Below, one piece after another: positions 60,693 through 64,000 of a stretch of 64,000 bases of DNA. The notes beneath the pieces were generated by a model, which was given only the letters and a program-made list of their open reading frames with translations, made no database searches and was not told the origin of the DNA. Every line of letters starts with the position of its first letter. Within the stretch, counting starts at the first letter, position 1. The position numbers were made by a program, and so were the translations under genes. This DNA is from Actinomycetes bacterium (GTDB taxonomy: Bacteria > Actinomycetota > Actinomycetes > S36-B12 > GCA-2699445), in NCBI GenBank assembly GCA_022599915.1, contig JAHZLH010000027.1:73813-137812 (forward strand), read 5' to 3'.

Positions 60693-62180
60693 TCAGTGAT
60701 CGCTTTCGCCTGAGTCGGGGACGGTTGGATCCGCGTCATCTTTCTCGTCTTCCGACGAGCCGCGCAGCGCCGAGATCAACTCCCTAGGAGAAACGACCCT
60801 CGTGATCAAAGCCAGTGCGGTAAAGACACCAGCGGCGATGATGGCTGATGGCCAGGCGCCCAGCGATGCGGCTGCAATCCAGACTGCGAGCGAAGCTAGC
60901 GTGACTATCGCAATTCGCACAACGACAAACAGCAGCCGACGTTTTCGGAATACTGCGACTCGGCTGGTGACGACCAAAGCGACCGTCACAGACACCAACT
61001 CTGTGACGGTCAGTGCCACAGCCGATCCGGTGGCGGCAAGTACCGGGATCAACAGCAGGTTGAGCACGATGTTGAATGCCAGCACGGTCACGCTGATGTA
61101 GATCAAGGACCGTTGCCGGTGAGCCACGATCAACACATAGGTCACCATCTCGTTGACAAAACTGATGGCGGTTGCAGCCAAGAGCCACTGTGCTGGCCGA
61201 GTAGCCGACTCGGCAAGGTCTTGCGGGGCAATGATCGCCAAGACTGGACCGGCGAAGACTATGCCACCTAGCAGGATCGGGCTCGCCAGCGCCACCACCA
61301 AGTCAAGAGTTCGACCAACTACCGCTCCGAACTCCTTGGGTCCGGACGAGTAGCGGCGCGAGAGGGTCGACATAACCGTGACAGCGAGCAGAGTGCTAAC
61401 CATGCCAACATTGGCGACAAGACGATAGGCCAAGCCGTAGGCGCCGACCTCGTCTGGTGACGTAAGTACTGATAGCAGTACGCCGTCGATTCGGTAGTAG
61501 ACGATCCCAATCACTGCGATCGCCGCCAGCGGCAACGCCTCCCAGATCAGCGATTTGGCTTCCGGCCATGCGAAAGCTGGGCGGAATCGCCCAAAGCGCC
61601 GACTGTAGAAGACGAGCACGACAAGTTGAACAAGAAACGGGGACACCTGCACGACAAAGATGGCGGTCAAACCCCAGTCAAAAACCACGACAGCAGCAGT
61701 GAGCCCCAGAGCGACTAGCCGACCAATCCAATCTGAAGCAGTGATCCCACCAAACTTGACTGCCACCTGATAAGGCGGCCGATAGCAATGGGCCACCAAT
61801 CGGAGCAAGACTCCGACAGCCAAAATCGCTACGCCGATTTGGATCTCGCGATCATCTGGATACACGACCAAACTCGCCAGCAAGATGCACACATAAATGG
61901 GCAACAGCAGTGTCAGCGAGATACCGAGTTGAAGGCCGACCAGTCGTTCCAGATTTCCGCGGCCCTGCGTTACTCGGCGAACAACAACAGTAGCCACATC
62001 AAGGCCTGCGAAGGCCTCAAACAGTCCGGCAAAGAGCACGGCGGTGGTGAGTAGTCCATAGTCATAACTACCCAAATACCGGGTAGTCAATGTCAGCGTC
62101 GCCAGTGAGATGAGCAGCGACGCTCCCTTACCCGTTGCCTGTACAACGAATCCCCGAGCTATCAGCGATGATGAGTTCAT
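60693..62180 (-). CDS. wzx: polysaccharide biosynthesis protein / Wzx-type flippase (MOP superfamily)
   Basis: 495 aa with about 14 TM helices. The N-terminus ..ATGKGASLLISLATLTLTTRYLGSYDYGLL.. is typical of PF01943/PF13440-type flippases. Confidence 0.82.
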   Translation of the reverse strand: MNSSSLIARGFVVQATGKGASLLISLATLTLTTRYLGSYDYGLLTTAVLFAGLFEAFAGLDVATVVVRRVTQGRGNLERLVGLQLGISLTLLLPIYVCILLASLVVYPDDREIQIGVAILAVGVLLRLVAHCYRPPYQVAVKFGGITASDWIGRLVALGLTAAVVVFDWGLTAIFVVQVSPFLVQLVVLVFYSRRFGRFRPAFAWPEAKSLIWEALPLAAIAVIGIVYYRIDGVLLSVLTSPDEVGAYGLAYRLVANVGMVSTLLAVTVMSTLSRRYSSGPKEFGAVVGRTLDLVVALASPILLGGIVFAGPVLAIIAPQDLAESATRPAQWLLAATAISFVNEMVTYVLIVAHRQRSLIYISVTVLAFNIVLNLLLIPVLAATGSAVALTVTELVSVTVALVVTSRVAVFRKRRLLFVVVRIAIVTLASLAVWIAAASLGAWPSAIIAAGVFTALALITRVVSPRELISALRGSSEDEKDDADPTVPDSGESDH

Positions 62181-62268
62181 CTGAGTGTCTAGTGACTAGA
62201 CCCGGGGTTGCTATCGCCGTCGCAGCTAGCTGAAGGCGACATCACGTCGACCCGTGACCAAGACACAC

Positions 62269-63525
62269 CTACTGCCCCGAGACAAGCGCACCGAGGACTA
62301 CCACTCCGGTACTAGCCAGTGCTCGCTTGGCGTCTGCGAGATCGCTGCGCAGCGTCTGACCAATCTCGACGGTCAGGACCACTCCAGCCGCAGATTCACC
62401 GAGCAGCAAAGCATCTGCATCATCCAAAACACTATGAGCCCAAATCAAAAACAGGGAGTAGTCCGTTCCTGACTGCTCCAACAACTGCCCGAGACTAGGA
62501 CCGCTCAAGAAGTTCGTGGCAGACGAACTGTCATTCCAGGTAATCTCCATGACATCAACGCCGCTAGCCAGCGAGCGGACGGCCGTCGCCAACTGGGAAC
62601 TGCCGCCAGCGGCTCCAGGTTGACCGGTTCGACTAGGCTCCTCAGCACCGTTCTTCGCTCCGACAAGATCCACAAGTAGCGTCCTGAAGCCCAACTGCGC
62701 CAGTGACCGCGCTAAACCCTCCACCAGTTCAGGCGAGCTGTCCCGCTGCGTCGGTCCCGCAATCACGACTCGGTTTCTGCCCGAGGAACAACTGTGCGCG
62801 ACCGTCAGCGCGGCCCGCTGTACTCCGGGGTCGACTGCGCTTTCGCCCTTCGCGTCACCGGAGGACCGCGAGCGACCCAACACTTCGACATCAAGATCGC
62901 TTAGATCGGCAGTGCTTCTGAGCCGCAAATCGAGGCGATCACGCAGTAGCGCAAGCAGCAACCCAACGACGATACCCAGCAAGAGTGATCCCAGGATCAA
63001 GACTCTCGACCCAGGCCCGGATGGGCTGATCGGCAGATTTGGCTCGGCCGTGATCGTCGCGACCACTGTTGGTCCTTCTTTGTCCCCGTCCTCACTACTG
63101 CTGGCGATGATCTTCACAAACTGATCAGTCATAGCCTGCAGCGCCGCCTGTGCCTCTTCAGGAGTTTCCGCTGTGAAACTGATGTCGATCAAGTTGGTTT
63201 CCAACGGATTACCGGCTTCTATTTGCTCGATGAAGTCCAAATTGGGAGTAGTGACGCCAATGGCGGCCTTCGCTGGATCGAGCACCTGACTGCTAGTCAC
63301 CAGCGCAACGTAGGAAGGTAGTTGCTGCCTGATTACCAAGTTGTTGGTGTAGGTGTCGTTGATGCTGCCGCCAGTGGAACCCGAGATCAGGACCTGCGCC
63401 GTGGACGTGTACTGGGCCTGCCTCAGCGCACCAGCCGCGACCCCGACAGCGACGAATGCCACTGTGACGATCAGAATTAGCCAGCGGCTGCGATAGATCG
63501 CACGCGAATAGTCCTCAGGCTGCAC
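62269..63525 (-). CDS. Wzz/polysaccharide co-polymerase-like protein with degenerate BY-kinase-like C-terminal domain
   Basis: N-terminus ..YRSRWLILIVTVAFVAVGVAAG.. (Wzz TM1), a periplasmic-type segment, TM2 ..VLILGSLLLGIVVGLLLALL... The C-terminal domain aligns to BY-kinases, but the Walker A position reads IAGPTQRDSSPE. Confidence 0.7.
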   Translation of the reverse strand: MQPEDYSRAIYRSRWLILIVTVAFVAVGVAAGALRQAQYTSTAQVLISGSTGGSINDTYTNNLVIRQQLPSYVALVTSSQVLDPAKAAIGVTTPNLDFIEQIEAGNPLETNLIDISFTAETPEEAQAALQAMTDQFVKIIASSSEDGDKEGPTVVATITAEPNLPISPSGPGSRVLILGSLLLGIVVGLLLALLRDRLDLRLRSTADLSDLDVEVLGRSRSSGDAKGESAVDPGVQRAALTVAHSCSSGRNRVVIAGPTQRDSSPELVEGLARSLAQLGFRTLLVDLVGAKNGAEEPSRTGQPGAAGGSSQLATAVRSLASGVDVMEITWNDSSSATNFLSGPSLGQLLEQSGTDYSLFLIWAHSVLDDADALLLGESAAGVVLTVEIGQTLRSDLADAKRALASTGVVVLGALVSGQ

Positions 63526-64000
63526 CGATCTCGCTCCTGCTCCGCGGGGGTTGTTCTGGCACTGCTAGCGTAACCGCTTGGCCTCGGCTCGGGCTACGTC
63601 TGGCCCGAGCACCTTGCCAGACGTCGAGATATGCCAATCCGGCCGCGAGGGTAAGCAGAGCCGGTGGATACATCAGATTGGTCTGGAAAGTGGACTGCAC
63701 AGCGATTAGCGCTAGGCCGGCACCCGCTGCCACAGCAAATCGCATGTCGGGCGCCGTGTCAGGGTCGCTCGGTCCTTTCCCGTAGGCCTGTCGACATGTT
63801 CGCCAGATCCTGACAGCGAGCCACACCGTTGCGACTACGCCGAGCAGGCCCAACCACAGCCAGATCCCTACGAACGTGTTGTGGATCCAGCGGCGGGGCT
63901 CTTTAGTGGTGGTGTTCGTTTCGGGATTGTAGGACTCGTTCACTGCCCCATAGGGGTTGTTGAGCCCCACACCAACAATCGGACTCGCGATAATCGCCGG
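63515..64000 (-). CDS. O-antigen ligase/polymerase (Wzy_C-like) family protein, 3' part only (5' end beyond window)
   Basis: The frame is open to the window edge. ..WIHNTFVGIWLWLGLLGV.. resembles the H-N-x-(F/L/Y) region of O-antigen ligase-like proteins, followed by more TM helices. Confidence 0.65.
   Translation of the reverse strand, partial: PAIIASPIVGVGLNNPYGAVNESYNPETNTTTKEPRRWIHNTFVGIWLWLGLLGVVATVWLAVRIWRTCRQAYGKGPSDPDTAPDMRFAVAAGAGLALIAVQSTFQTNLMYPPALLTLAAGLAYLDVWQGARARRSPSRGQAVTLAVPEQPPRSRSEIGAA

Overview
GC-rich, gene-dense chromosomal segment with the conserved core synteny of Actinomycetota. In order it carries a PASTA Ser/Thr kinase, two DAHP synthases, an ArsA-like ATPase cluster, fadD, ctaE-qcrCAB, trpD, ctaCDF, adoK-like kinase, erpA, nadA, htpX-pspA, asd-cobUTS, tRNA-Glu/tRNA-Gln, gltX, and cimA/ilvE/leuB/leuA. 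I support about 60 protein genes, 2 tRNAs, 3 intrinsic terminators and 3 cis-regulatory RNA elements. I saw no rRNA, CRISPR array, transposase/integrase or recognisable defence genes. All functions are called from motifs read by eye in the supplied translations, since no searches could be run. Many starts were moved from the ORF-track start to an internal start with a Shine-Dalgarno or an ATGA/GTGA overlap. Main second-look items: (1) a cobalamin riboswitch on the minus strand at about 40560-40720. It leads a two-gene operon for a secreted prenyltransferase-repeat (alpha/alpha toroid-like) protein and a Ser/Pro-rich membrane-anchored protein, next to cobUTS, which makes it a candidate uncharacterised surface corrinoid-capture system. 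(2) An 8-codon leader ORF ending in four Ile codons plus a terminator, upstream of citramalate synthase. (3) A Leu-Leu-Leu leader ORF plus hairpin upstream of leuA. (4) A cysteine-desulfurase homologue lacking the PLP lysine, translationally coupled to a TusA-like protein. (5) A pspA / htpX / small-protein module. (6) Wzx/Wzy-type polysaccharide genes interleaved with branched-chain amino-acid genes, including a Wzz-like protein with a degenerate kinase domain.
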